Positions 35,934 through 47,599 of a DNA stretch of 47,599 bases are shown one piece after another (within the stretch, counting starts at the first letter, position 1; the number at the start of each line of letters is the position of its first letter). Made by a program: the position numbers and the translations under genes. The stretch lies in assembly GCA_027604505.1 (NCBI GenBank), contig JADIIX010000153.1, positions 1 through 47,599 on the forward strand. Direction: 5' to 3'. Origin of the DNA: Gonapodya sp. JEL0774. Taxonomy: Eukaryota. Under the pieces are notes generated by a model. It saw nothing but the letters and a program-made list of their open reading frames with translations, was not told the DNA's origin and ran no database searches.

Positions 35934-37290
35934 ATGGCCGAAGAACAAGTGGAGTTCGCACCGCTCGCGGTCATCGATCTCTCTCACTTTGATGACCCAT
36001 CACGGCGACACGAAGTCGTCGCGCAAGTTGACAAGGCCTGTCGGGACATTGGGTATGTGATTCCGCAGAGGACAAGCAGCATTCCGCAACTTAATCCGCA
36101 ACTGAAAAAAACAACTCAATCGTACAAGGTTTTTCGCTATTGTGAACTTTCCGGGGATATCCCCAGAAGATGTCCAAAGAACTTTCGCCATTGAGCGTCA
36201 ACTATTCGAACTTCCACTCGCGGAGAAAAAGAAGTTCGACATGGAGGCCCGTGGCAAGGGCAATTACTTTGGATACAAGGCGATAGGACAGCAAGTTGTG
36301 GACGACAAGGGATCCCCCGACGGGAACGAGTGGGTTTTGTGGACACGGGCGTCCGCTGCCTCTCTAGCCAGCCGACTCATCCTTCGCTCCAACTTGTAGA
36401 TTCTTCAACACGCCTAAGAACGATACTTGGCTCATGCCCCAACCCGAACCCATTCTCGCCGCCCGCGACTTCATTGACCGTTTCCTGAAACAATGTCACG
36501 GAGTGTGCTCCAAACTTTTGGAGGTTTACGCGGAGGTTCTAGAAGTGCCGGAGGAGATGGGTGGCAAAGATTTCTTCAAAAGGACCCACCGGTTTGAAGG
36601 GAAGAGCGGTGACCAAATGCGCATGGTGCGTGTTGACGGTGGGCGTGGGGAGGATTCCGAGCAGCAGTTGAAGATGGGTGCGTATATTGCTGATTATGTG
36701 TGCGATCTCTGGTCTCGTGACCTCATTTAATAATCCGCCGCTCAGCTTCGCACACTGACTTCGGCACAACCACATTAGTGTTCTCCCAGCCTGTCCTGGG
36801 GCTTCAAATCTTGCTGAACGACGGAACCTGGAAGTATGTGCGACCACACGAGGGCGCTATTATTGTCAACATTGGTATGTTGGGCCGACACGACTGGTTT
36901 CCGAGGTCCCAACCCCCACCTTTGCTGTCTTGATTGCCTCTAGGCGACGCTATGCAGTTCTTGTCCAACGGCTATCTCCGTTCAAATTTCCACCGCGTGG
37001 TGCGCCCTCCATCATTCCAATCACACCTTACGAGGTATTCGCTGGTGTATTTCCTGCGACCTGAAAACGACGTGTTGCTGCAACCCATCAAGACTCGCAA
37101 AACAGCGCTTATGGGTGCTATCAATACTTCAGCACCCATCACGGCGGGTGAATGGATCAAGACCAAGGTTGTGGGGTCGCTCACTTCCAACAAGAATAAT
37201 GTCTCTGAACTTGCCAGTATTCACGAACGGATCATGACGACCAGGGGCCCAGTGTCCGAGGCGGGCATCCAAAAGGGGTCAAATCTGTGA
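35934..37290 (+). CDS. 2-oxoglutarate/Fe(II) dioxygenase (DIOX_N + 2OG-FeII_Oxy; IPNS-like)
   Basis: VIDLS..ACRDIGFFAIVN, LFELPLAEKKK, HTDFGTTTLVFSQPVLGLQI, VNIGDAMQFLSNGYLRSNFHRVV, RYSLVYFLRP (HxD..H triad and RxS motif). Confidence 0.93.
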
Positions 37291-37393
37291 TCTGTGTTGA
37301 TTCCGTGGACCCGAGTCTCAAAAACAAGGACCATTTTCACATGAAACCAGACGTACGTGAACGGGTATATAGTTATCTCATGTGTAAAAAAAA

Positions 37394-37441
37394 AAGAATT
37401 GAAACTGTCATCAAAACAGCTCGATATTCGTCGCTCGACTC
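37394..37441. repeat. Fold-back dispersed repeat, copy 3 (right half only)
   Basis: AATTGAAACTGTCATCAAAACAGCTCGATATTCGTCGCTCGACTC is near-identical to 35032-35076. Confidence 0.85.
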
Positions 37442-37884
37442 TTTCTTTCTCTTCCTCTTTCCCTTTCTTTTCTGCTCGTCGTTGTTTTCGCAAATATCGC
37501 AAAAGTTCAGAGTTCGAGTGGTTGCAGTCAAACCAGCCTGACCACGCGATCCAGATCCCATCCTCCCCGTCCACTTTCACGCTCGCGCGCAATCAATCGC
37601 GTCAACATTGAAAGTGATCTCGAGGCGACTGTGGGATTCTTCCCTACCTTTGCCTCGACCGTGAAGAAATCGACACAGTGGGCTAACTGCGCTCACTCGA
37701 AGCGATTGAAGCGATTCTGAACCAACAGTACGTTCCTCCATCGATCATTCCTTGGATTGCAAGAAAGCGACCACGAAGGGTCACCCGGCGGTCCAGTTGA
37801 ATGTGTTTGATGTCTTGGACACGTTACCACAATACCCACACTCACCAAACACACCGTTCCAGCCCCAAAACCTACCTTTTATAG

Positions 37885-38932
37885 ATCAAAGCAACCTCAG
37901 GATCCTCCACATGGAGAAACCGAGTACGAACATTCCACAGTCTCGGGCAAAGTGGTCGCCCGCTATCTCAACTCCCTTCTTCCTCCACCGGAGCTCCTGG
38001 CCACCTTCTCTCACGCAGTCGATTGCCCAAAATGCAACTTGCAGTTGTCGTGGATTATCGCGTATCTAGCCTGCTCAGATGATGACCTCCCAGGCAACGT
38101 GAAAACCAAACTTTCAAGAATTCAGAGGAGGCAGTTCCACGCTATTCTCGCCGCATCTCCCCTTCGCACGAAGCTACTCGATCGCGTTCTTGAAATAGGA
38201 TCTGCCTTTGCTGAGTTGCACGAAACACGCCCATTGCGCGCAACATTCGGTTTTGGGAGCTCGCCTGTGGAGGACCTCAATCGCTTTGCAGTATTGTGGC
38301 ACCATGCCAAGGACCTCCGTCGGCACGTTGTCACCACCACTCCCATTGTAAAAGCACTACTCGACATCGGGCTTCTTTGCGATGGCACTCCCACACTCAC
38401 ACATCTCACTACTGGGAATGAGAAGCTCACTGACGGTATCACGCCTGAGAATTCACTCGAGACCCAGAATGAACTGTTGGAAACCGTTCTAACGGGAATC
38501 AACCTGGCACTGGGTGAAGATTCGACGGGCGCCATTGCTCGTACCATTGTGAACCATCCTTGAATCTGCGCCGCCGGAACCACTGGCTCCGCACATTTCG
38601 AGGCCAAGCCGACTTCTCTGATCTATGGCTACACGCAAATCAGTCGCTCCCACCATCGCGTTCCCCGCTCTCTCGGCGACAACAACTTTTCGTTTCCACC
38701 CCCATGTTCAAGAGCCGGCTGCCTTGTTGCCGATGAGCTGGACGCTCCCGGCAGGGAGGAAGATGGAAGCGTTAAGTTGCAAAAGTGTAAAGGCTGCGCA
38801 CTCACAAGATACTGCTCTTCATCGTGCCAAAAGGCTGATTGGAGGTGGCACAAACTCATTTGTGGGAAGGACAAAATGCTTTCACCGTCGGATACGTTTC
38901 GGAAGCGGTGTGAGATCTCAATTTCCCCATAG
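37885..38932 (+). pseudogene. MYND zinc-finger gene with an in-frame TGA at 38561-38563 (pseudogene, hidden intron or recoding); 5' end unresolved
   Basis: The same frame continues after the TGA into CSRAGC...LQKCKGCALTRYCSSSCQKADWRWHKLIC (MYND finger) and ends at TAG 38930-38932. Confidence 0.65.
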
Positions 38933-39636
38933 TATTTCTTCCTAAATTTCGTACTTTCTCTGCGTAGTATGCTTATAAAATCGTGCGATCAATACAGTTC
39001 ATTTGACACATGCGGCTGCCTTCTCCTTTTGCTCCCTCCGAAACTTATCCATCGACCACTTCTCCCATCGCTCTTTATACTTGACGGTTCCTGTACATCA
39101 GATGTGCGCATGTAAAAGTCAATCCCCTATATATACAAAGACTTGGTACATACCTCCGCAACACGATCCCCACATGTTTTGGTACTCCTCAGTCCTCTCA
39201 TTATAGAAGTCATCGAGCTCCTTTTGTGTGGCAATATGTCGGACATAGGTCTCTTTTGCAACTGCGATCGGGTTAGGACATCCGATTCATTTTCGATCCC
39301 GGCGACTCACATATGTCTTCCTCCATCACGTAAAAGCCTCCCGCTCCATCGCTATACGACACAATGTGTCCGGAAGTGTGAGTGTCGACATCTCGAGTTG
39401 CCGAATGCGATCGTAACCGATCAATTTGTGAAGCGTCAAGTTGCGCCCACCCTTGCTGGGTGAGGGATGTCGCCGTGGATTCGTCAATGAGCTCCGCAGT
39501 CATGGGTGGATGACAGGGGGAATTTTCGAGGGGGGTTGCAAGTTTTTAGTCTGAGTTGGGATGTCCCACGCTTTCCCCTCCTACAGCCTATGTAGCCTAA
39601 CCTTCGTGAAACATCAACCTTTTTTGGAGTTGGAAG

Positions 39637-41327
39637 ATGCCAATCCAGGTCAAGGATTTCCAGTTCAGTGAATCCGAAGAAGAAGCCTCGATTGTTGTCA
39701 ATCTCAAGGGTGTGGCATCTTCAAAAGTCGATATCTACTGTGCGTCTGAGGGGATCTTCATCTCGCCGTTCTCTCGTGGGACTCATCACCGCCCGTTTTC
39801 CCGAAAGCCGATGACAGCTACATCAAGATTAACTACCCTCCCTACTTCTTTGAGCTCGATCTCTATGACCATATTGATGATGCGGCGTCTCGGGCGACTA
39901 TCGCTGGTGGAGTGGTATCATTTCATCTGGTCAAGGTGATTTTTTCTGACTTCGAAGAGTCACGACCATTTATTTCTGCTAAAATCCAATTTAAATCCTT
40001 CCCCTAGGTTAGATCCTGTGTATGGACATCGGCTCGAAGTGCGCTACCCATCGAGGAGCTCAAGGAACGGCGGTTGGCAGCGCAAGCGAGGTTGAGAGTA
40101 CGACACGAAGCAGTCAGTATGCTGAGCATCATATTCTGAAAACATAAGGAACTCACTTTTTTGTACTGATAGGAGGCCAAGGAGCGTCAGGCTAAGAAAC
40201 ACGAACAGGAACGAGCAATGGTGGAGAGACAGCTAAAAGTTGAGCAGGCACAACGGGCTGAAGTGGAGGAAGCAAAAAGGCGAGAAAAGAGTGAGGCGGC
40301 AGTGAGTTTTGGTCTGAGGTAGCTCACGATATGATCTTTTGACCGAAAACGTGCGGTTTGTGCAACAGGACTCCCTGCAGAATTGGCTGGAAGCCTCCGC
40401 GGCGCCTGCACCTGCGGAGCCTGCAAATGATTTGGAGCTTACCGAAGAGGAGCTTGCCGAGGTGCAATCTCGTGTACGGAAACAGCTTGAGCGTGGGTTC
40501 GAATCATCAAGGAGGTATCCAGTGCACTCATTGATTCTCCACGGTAGACACGCATCCCACCAAGAAGCCTCCACCCCCACCTCGCAAACAAGGTGATATA
40601 GTCATTACTTTTACGCCAAGAGTGCAACGATCAGCCGCAAGGGAGAGCGAAGATAGTAAGTGAAGATGCCGTCAAGCGCACACTTCGATAAATCATTCGT
40701 GCCTTCTTCCATTCCCACTTGTGCACCAAACAGTCAAGTGGCAAGATTACGTGAGGCGCCAAAATAACTCTACGGCGGAGAAGAAGGAAGATTCGGCGGG
40801 ACTTCATGAAGAAACTCGTGAGTAGCTGACAAACGCTTTTGTTTCGGCCTTTGCGAGTACTTCGCCTGACATGCCCCTCATTCCTTCTTCTCCCAGCGTC
40901 CCTTCTTATTACCCGTGCTAACCACTTTCTTTCCACGTCCGACTTCAGCTCAGCTCTCGCGGCACTCTCTGCCGCAGTGTCCCTCTCCCCTCACGACCCG
41001 ACCTTGCTCGCTAATAGAGCTGCGCTGCACTTGCGAATGGAAGATCACAATGCAGCCGTAGCAGATTGTGAGAGAGCGATGGAGGAAATCGGTGAAGCGG
41101 TCGCGAGGGCTGCCGTTGAAGAGGGTGTGCCAGAGAGCAGTGTAGAGGAGGGCGCGAAGAAGTTAAAAGCAAAGATCTGGGCGAGATGGGGTGCCGCAGA
41201 GGCTGGTAGGGGGAATACTTTGGAAGGTGTCAAACTACTCGAGAAGGCATTGATGCTGAACCCTGGATCACAAGAACTTCAAACGGACGTCGATATGTTG
41301 AGATCAAGACTGGAACAAGTTTGCTAG
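39637..41327 (+). CDS. DNAAF4: Dynein axonemal assembly factor 4 (CS domain, coiled coil, TPR)
   Basis: MPIQVKDF..LKGV..DIY/SDDSYIKINYPPYFFELDL, PPPRKQGDIVITFTPR..AARES, C-terminal TPRs (ANRAALHL..AAVADCERA). Confidence 0.9.
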
Positions 41328-41814
41328 ATTCGGCCGATACCCGCTTAGTGTACGCATGACAGACACCGCTATAAACATGAATAGTTTCTCTCCTCTCCTC
41401 TTCCCAGCCCAGTCTCACTTACTGAACATTTCCGGACACTTTTCAGGGTGATTCAGAACAAGGTTACACCTTGGCGAAGAGGAAAGAAAAGGCCGCGTAT
41501 CCCTTCTCCAAAGAAACATATAAAGTAAACACCATGCTTTAATTGTGTTTATTTATTTCTTCCCGGGGTTGTTGCTGTTCGGAGAATTCCCCGGCTTTCA
41601 CCCATTTGTCCTTTTCCAATCGTGACACAACATCGTCGTTCAACATCGATTGCCATTAACGTCTCATTAACCTGCCATTAGGCATACTGGATTTTCATCT
41701 TCGCCCATTACTGGCGCTCTTCGCCGCAACTTCTACTCCGCAAACTTCCCGTTGGCTTGACCCAATTCGATCTGCATCACTATTTCCCCATTTGCAATAC
41801 CACTTAGCGTTGCG

Positions 41815-43828
41815 ATGACCGCTCTTGTCAACTCATTTGATTCTCTCTCAATCAGAGGTGAGTACCCCTGATCGGTTGAGCCTGATTGCTGGGATTTTAG
41901 TCTTGCTTCATTGGCAACGATTGGCTAACATAAGCTCCGTAACCATTCGCATCAATTTCCCTCCCGGATCACATCCACTTCCTTCCGCAATCATTGTATC
42001 CAGACGGTGCTGTTACCCCCGACTCATCCGCTGGACCATCCTCAGCCTGGATTCACATTAGTCCAAACCCGCGAGCTGCCGAGGCTGAACACCCACGACT
42101 TGGTAGTTTGGGACCCACGGACTCGACCTCTTCTGTACTTGACTCGGTGGTGTCATCGACAACAGGATCCCCGGCTCCGTGAGTTGGGCAGACGACATGC
42201 GGGTGATCGTGGACGAGCCAGTTGCTTTGCTATGATTGATCGTCCAAGAATCATCGCCAATTTAGACAGTTTCTCAAAGGGGGTGGGCATTTTCTCCCTG
42301 GAAAATCGACCTTAAGCTTCCAATTGCGTGGAATGCGGAGTGATGATGCAATTTCGAAGCCACAGGAGCACAGGATATTATTCGTACTTCACAAACCTAT
42401 GAGCCACTTCAACTTACTCCGTTTATTGTGATTCTTTATGGTGTGTTAGTGTGAAACGGAAACCCAGGAAAGGCCCCCACCTGAAACTTCCCTCCATCAC
42501 ACCGAACAACGCTCTTCCCCGCCCCCCTGACTCGGCAGGATCCGACGACCAATCCACGAGCATGCTTGTCAACCGGGAGTACGTGAGCCCGCCCGCCATT
42601 GAAATCCCGCAAGGGTGCTACCTTACAGAACTCAGAGAGGAGGATCTCGACGTCGTCGCGATGCTTGGGTCAGGCAACGGCGGTGTTGTGCAAAAAGTAT
42701 GGCATAAACCAACTAGCACTATGATGGCCCGGAAGGTGGGTGTTGACAGAAAGTCGGTCCTGTAGCTCAGAGCTGGGAGCCTTATTGTTGACCTTCATCC
42801 ACCCGAAAACCAGCTTATTCATGTTGAGAGCAAGTCGAAAATTCGAAAAATGATCATTCGGGAGCTCAGAGTCCTTCATGACTGTCATGATCCTCATATT
42901 ATCACCTTTTACGGAGCATTTCATAGGGAAAGTGACGTCAGCGTGTGTATGGTGAGTTTGACTGTGATATGTCTCGGCATGTGATTAGTCAAAGAACGGT
43001 ATCCGTGTATTTGTACCACCATCCAAATTAGGAGTACATGGACATTGGATCACTCCACAACCTTCTCCAACAAGCCGGCCCTCTCCCTGAAGATGTAATT
43101 GCTCGAATATGTCTTGCCATGCTTAAAGGCCTAGTCTATCTTCACTTGGAGTTGCGGATTCTTCATCGTGGTGAGTTTGGGTGAAGAACTGTTGATTGGA
43201 CATATAACCACACGCTAGTTGTTCATAGACGTGAAGCCTTCGAATGTACTGGTCAATTCGTTGGGGGAGGTTAAACTGTGCGACTTTGGCGTGGCTGGAA
43301 TGACCGTCAACTCTGTAGCAGATACTTTTGTTGGTACGTCAAACTACATGAGCGTGAGTAAGCGGAGTGAGCCTTGTAGTATCCTTTCATTCTAACCCAC
43401 TGTGCTAAATCATATCGCGGATCCAATTTGGTGGGTACCTCGTCAATCCTCGAAACCTGTACGGGCGAATTGTGCAGCCGGAACGAATCCAAGGCGCCCA
43501 GTACAGTAATCGCTCCGATGTCTGGTCCCTCGGTATCATGGCAATTGAACTCGCGCTCGGGCACCACCCATACCCTTCTGCAGCTGGTGCCGGCGGTGAA
43601 ATGCCCATCCTTGAATTAATTCAGAATATCGTCAACGAAGCACCACCCTCTCTCCCCGCTGAGAAATACTCGCCTGAGTTTTGTGATTTTGTCGATCGCT
43701 GTTTGAAGAAGGAGGCGTCACAGCGAAGTTCGCCAAAGGAATTACTACATCATCCATTCGTGATCAAGAAAGGCGGAGATGGGCACCTGGATCCTGAATG
43801 GTTAAAGAAAGTCACTTCTACTACCTAA
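41815..43828 (+). CDS. MAP kinase kinase, STE7/MEK1 type
   Basis: Docking motif [36 protein letters not shown] segment, [17 protein letters not shown], activation loop [19 protein letters not shown]. Two tentative 5' exons (41815-41857, 42004-42178). Confidence 0.92.
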
Positions 43829-43960
43829 CTATCTTGCTTTTTATAAATGCATTGAATATTGTATGTCTACTCTTGAAAAGTGCTGATATAGTGCCAGAGA
43901 GAATCATGCTCCCCCTGTAAAGTGGAGTTGCAACTGAACGTGAAGAGTCACGACAGAAGA

Positions 43961-45625
43961 ATGGCCGACGAAGAGGAAATTCCCGACCCATTCGAAGTTT
44001 TCGTCAGAACCATTGGTGAGCGACCATCAGCTTCAAACGGATTCGGGAGTGATGTCGGTTTGACGGTCCTGCCCATTGATCTGCCTCCTCGATCGAAGAT
44101 GGAAAGAAAACTGAGATAAGCGTTATTGAGGGTAACACAGTGGAGGAGCTTAAAGGTTTGCTACCAGCTCTTGTCGGCCATTGAGAGTCTCACTTAAGCT
44201 TATAACGATCATATTTTCGAAGAGCTCCTCGAGGAGATATTGGAGCCGTCCATCCCTGCCGCAGACCAGAGACTCATATTTTCGGGACGCGTAATGGAAA
44301 ATGAGCGAACGGTCTCATTCTACAACATTAAGGCTGGTGCGTGGGCAAAGTGACCTGTATGTGACGGGTTGAACTCAACCCCTGAACGGATGCTGTACTT
44401 TCCTGATTCAAGGAGCAACGATTAATCTGGTCCGTCAAGCAAAGTCGGCGGCGCGAGCGCCACCCCCTCCTTCCCAGCAGCAAGTTCCCCAGCGGCCTAC
44501 CACCAACAACTCGTCGATCCCGGGAATCCCGGGATTTGACTCAGAAGGCCTGTCCGCTCTTATGAATACTCCCATGATGCGATCAATAACGGAGAATCCG
44601 GAAATGATGCGACAAATGATGATGGCTGATCCTCGCATTCGACAAAGTACGTTGAGGGAACTGCGTTACTCAAAGTGAAACTATCACTGACGCCAATTTT
44701 CTCTTTCGTATGCGAAAATTGATTTGCGACGCAATACGACGAATTCAGTGGCTGAAACTAATCCAGAGTTCCGACAAATCATCAATGATGATGGCTTCAT
44801 GCGACAAACCGCTCAGCTTGCTCGCAATCCTTCTCTGATGAATGAGATGATGAGGAACCAGGATCGAGCGCTCGCTCACATCGAGAACATCCCTGGAGGT
44901 TTCCAGGCGCTCTCGAGCATGCACAGACAGCTTCAGCCCCTGACAGCACCACCAGAGGATCCCAACGCACCTTCGGATGAAGCGAGTCGGCAGATTGCTG
45001 AAGCACTTGGTGCGAATCGGAGGCATGGGGAGGGTGTCAACACCGATGTAAGACTTCGCTGCGTTGTTGAATGAATGGTATCGAGGTCTCACACAAAGAA
45101 TCGCCAGGCCCTTCCCAATCCTTGGGCCGCTCCCGCCGCCCGCAATGCTGTCACCACCGGTTCCGCCAATCCATTGTCTGCTCTACCGCCGTTCCCTTTC
45201 CCCCCTTCCACTTCTTTACAACCGAACCCGTTCATGCTCCCCTCTCAGACACCACAACCACCTAGCACAGCATTGCCGGGAGCGCAAATGCCCGGCATTA
45301 CTCCCACTTTGGGAACCGCGTCACCAATGAATGATGCGTGGATGCAAATGTTTGCGAACGCAATGGGGACAGCAGGGAGCATTCCAACTCAATTGCCAGA
45401 CCAACTCCTGCCGCCTCCGGAAGAAAGGTTTCGTGAGTGAGTATTACATTGAAATCAATCCACATCTTTTACTGTGACTGAAGATTGTTGCTGTTCCTTT
45501 TCCAAAGCCAACTGCAACAACTCACGGATATGGGATTTACCGACACACAGGCAAACATACGGGCATTGCTGATGGGCGGAGGGCAAATTGACGCCGCAAT
45601 AACGTACTTACTTCAAGGAATTTAG
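43961..45625 (+). CDS. DSK2: Ubiquilin/Dsk2 (UBL, STI1 repeats, UBA)
   Basis: [16 protein letters not shown] (UBL); [26 protein letters not shown] (STI1); [31 protein letters not shown] (UBA). Confidence 0.92.
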
Positions 45626-45715
45626 CAGTAAAATAAAGTTCATTGAGTTCCATGATCCACGCTGGCACTTTGCATGCCCTCCCCCAATTACCCCCAACGA
45701 AAACCACTTGTAGTA

Positions 45716-46938
45716 ATGTCGGACCCAACGGATGAGCTTCGTTCGCTCATGAACAATTTTCATCTTGGAGCCTACCAGGTTCGTCTTCGTTTTGGATGGA
45801 AGCTGGTGGCTTCCTTTGATGATATCGACGATTCACTGTTCCTTCTCACAGGCTGTTGTCAATGAAGCTCTCAATCCTGCCACAACTCCGCGATCCGAGG
45901 GAGCACGTACGACACCTCGTACTCGTCTTCAATCAAGCTTTCCCTTTTCTCATACACGGTGACTGCCATTCCCATACACAGGGTTGCTCCGAACGGTTTA
46001 CCTCTACCGCGCATACACCGCACAAAACAAGCTCAACCTCGTCCTCTCCGAAATCACACCACAACAACCTGCAGAGCTCCGTGCCGTCCGGATACTTGCT
46101 GGGTACCTGCAATCCCCGCAGAACAGAGAGTCCACGCTCGCGAGTGCGAAGGAGCTCGCCGCGACCGAAGTGGCCGGGAAGCCCGCCGTTGCTGTGGTGC
46201 TAGCCACGGTTTTCTACCATGATGGGGCGTATGATGAGGCGCTGAAACTGCTGGCGATGTTCCCCAAGGATTTAGAATGGTTCGTTTGCCAGGCGATCTG
46301 TCGTCCAGTCCGTCGTCCTCCTTTCTCTCACACCACGCCTCCCACATTCCCAGCGCCGCACTCACCGTCCAAACCCTCCTCAAACTCAACCGCCTCGACC
46401 TCGCCCGCTCCACCATCGCCACCATCAAAACGTGGGCTGAAGACGCTAGCCTCGCTCAACTCGCAGAAGCCTGGGTGAACCTCGCCGCCGGTGGCGAGCA
46501 GAAAGCACAGGAGAGCTACTACATATTCGAAGAGCTTGCGTCGCCTCAGCTGGTGTCGTCCAAGTTGGTGACAGGACAGGCGGCCTGCCGGGTGTTGCAA
46601 GGCAAGCCTGTCGAGGCCGAACAGCTGCTCATGGACTCGTTGAACCGGGACTCGACCAACCCCGAAACACTCGTCAATTTGATCGTGGCCGCGCAACTTT
46701 CTGGAAAGCCTGCCGATCTCATCGCGAGATACACAAAGTGGGTTTCTCGCTTCCACAGCGGGGACGGTCCCACCGTTTCTCACAAATTACAATTCTTACC
46801 CACCGCTCGTGTTCATGGTGTCTTGTTCGTCTCAGTGCCCTCCGTGATTCTTCTCCCTCTCACCCTTACCTTGCCGATCTTGCACTCAAGGAATCGCTTT
46901 TCGACCGTTCTGCAACACGGTACCAAACGTCATTCTGA
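45716..46938 (+). CDS. COPE: Coatomer epsilon subunit (COPE/Sec28)
   Basis: DEL..N.FHLGAYQ, YLYRAY.AQ, VQTLLKLNRLDLA, ED..LAQLAEAWVNL, YYIFEELA, ETLVNLIV, HPYLADL..KE..FDR. Confidence 0.92.
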
Positions 46939-47599
46939 GGACCCTACTGTAACGCTCAATAAATTACAGATAAATTGATATACCCCAATGTGTAGGAGAG
47001 GTTGTGACGATCGCCAAACACTGATAGTTCAACATATTCATCGTACAGCATCATGCCGCGGTTCACGCGACTCCCATCAGATGAACGTTGGGCGGTTCCC
47101 CGTACATGGTTCTCGAACGATAGCTTCACTTTCCCTTGAACGCGCGTAGCAGAGTCCCGAGTCACTCGCAGCCGCCCTGATGCTGTGATGGTTCAACAAC
47201 CATGAATTTCTGGACGCTCTATTGTGTACACCGTTCACGTCCCGACTCAGCTCCCACCCATCCCATCCTTACCCACTTGGCACACCAACACCAACCCACC
47301 CCACGCACCACGCACCCCCCACCACCTCCCGAGATCAACATCCCCGCAACCGCAACCGACCGACCCGGGGGATCTCGCGTGTCGCCCGACCGCACTGTTC
47401 GCCCCTGGACGGTAGAGTTGGAGCTGCACGGGCATCGTCGCTCCTCACTCCTCACTCCTCACTCCTCACTCCCCGCGGTTTAAGAACTCGCGGACGATGT
47501 TCAAGAACTCTACGAGGCATCACAGACCCCCGGAACCGGAACCGGTGCAAAAAAAAAAAAAATTATAAACAACACGAAACTACATCAACACACCAACCG

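Noticed and set aside
39390..39420. RFX X-box-like GTTGCC upstream of DNAAF4
   Set aside because: Second half-site (RGYAAC) absent.
39485..39520. ATGA...GA as possible SECIS for the MYND gene
   Set aside because: Helix II too short and no apical AA.
46956..47599. Short ORFs at the right edge
   Set aside because: No recognisable product; may be the 3' end of a minus-strand gene outside the window.

Overview
Eukaryotic, intron-rich genomic DNA from a zoosporic (flagellated) fungus. This is inferred from fungal-type QCR9/EAF7/RSC8/MAP2K genes together with the motile-cilium genes DLEC1/CFAP81 and DNAAF4; a chytrid sensu lato such as a monoblepharid is plausible but unproven. Bases 1-4 kb are a nest of decayed LTR retrotransposons (Copia gag/protease, Copia RT/RNaseH, Gypsy chromovirus integrase). 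The rest holds about 15 tightly packed spliced genes: a two-TM dCache-HAMP receptor with no output domain, QCR9, RRP45, SWI3/RSC8, MRPS17, BAP31/YET, DLEC1, a GCK/STE20 kinase, EAF7, an NRT2 nitrate transporter, a 2OG-Fe(II) oxygenase, a MYND-finger gene with an in-frame TGA, DNAAF4, a STE7-like MAP2K, DSK2 and COPE. The most notable signals are: (1) an NRT2 intron that is almost entirely a copy of an ~80-bp fold-back repeat also found twice intergenically (introner-like); (2) the output-less receptor; (3) structured islands in the unusually long RRP45 and EAF7 introns; (4) a hAT-like MITE. Exon boundaries were assembled by eye and need RNA-seq confirmation.
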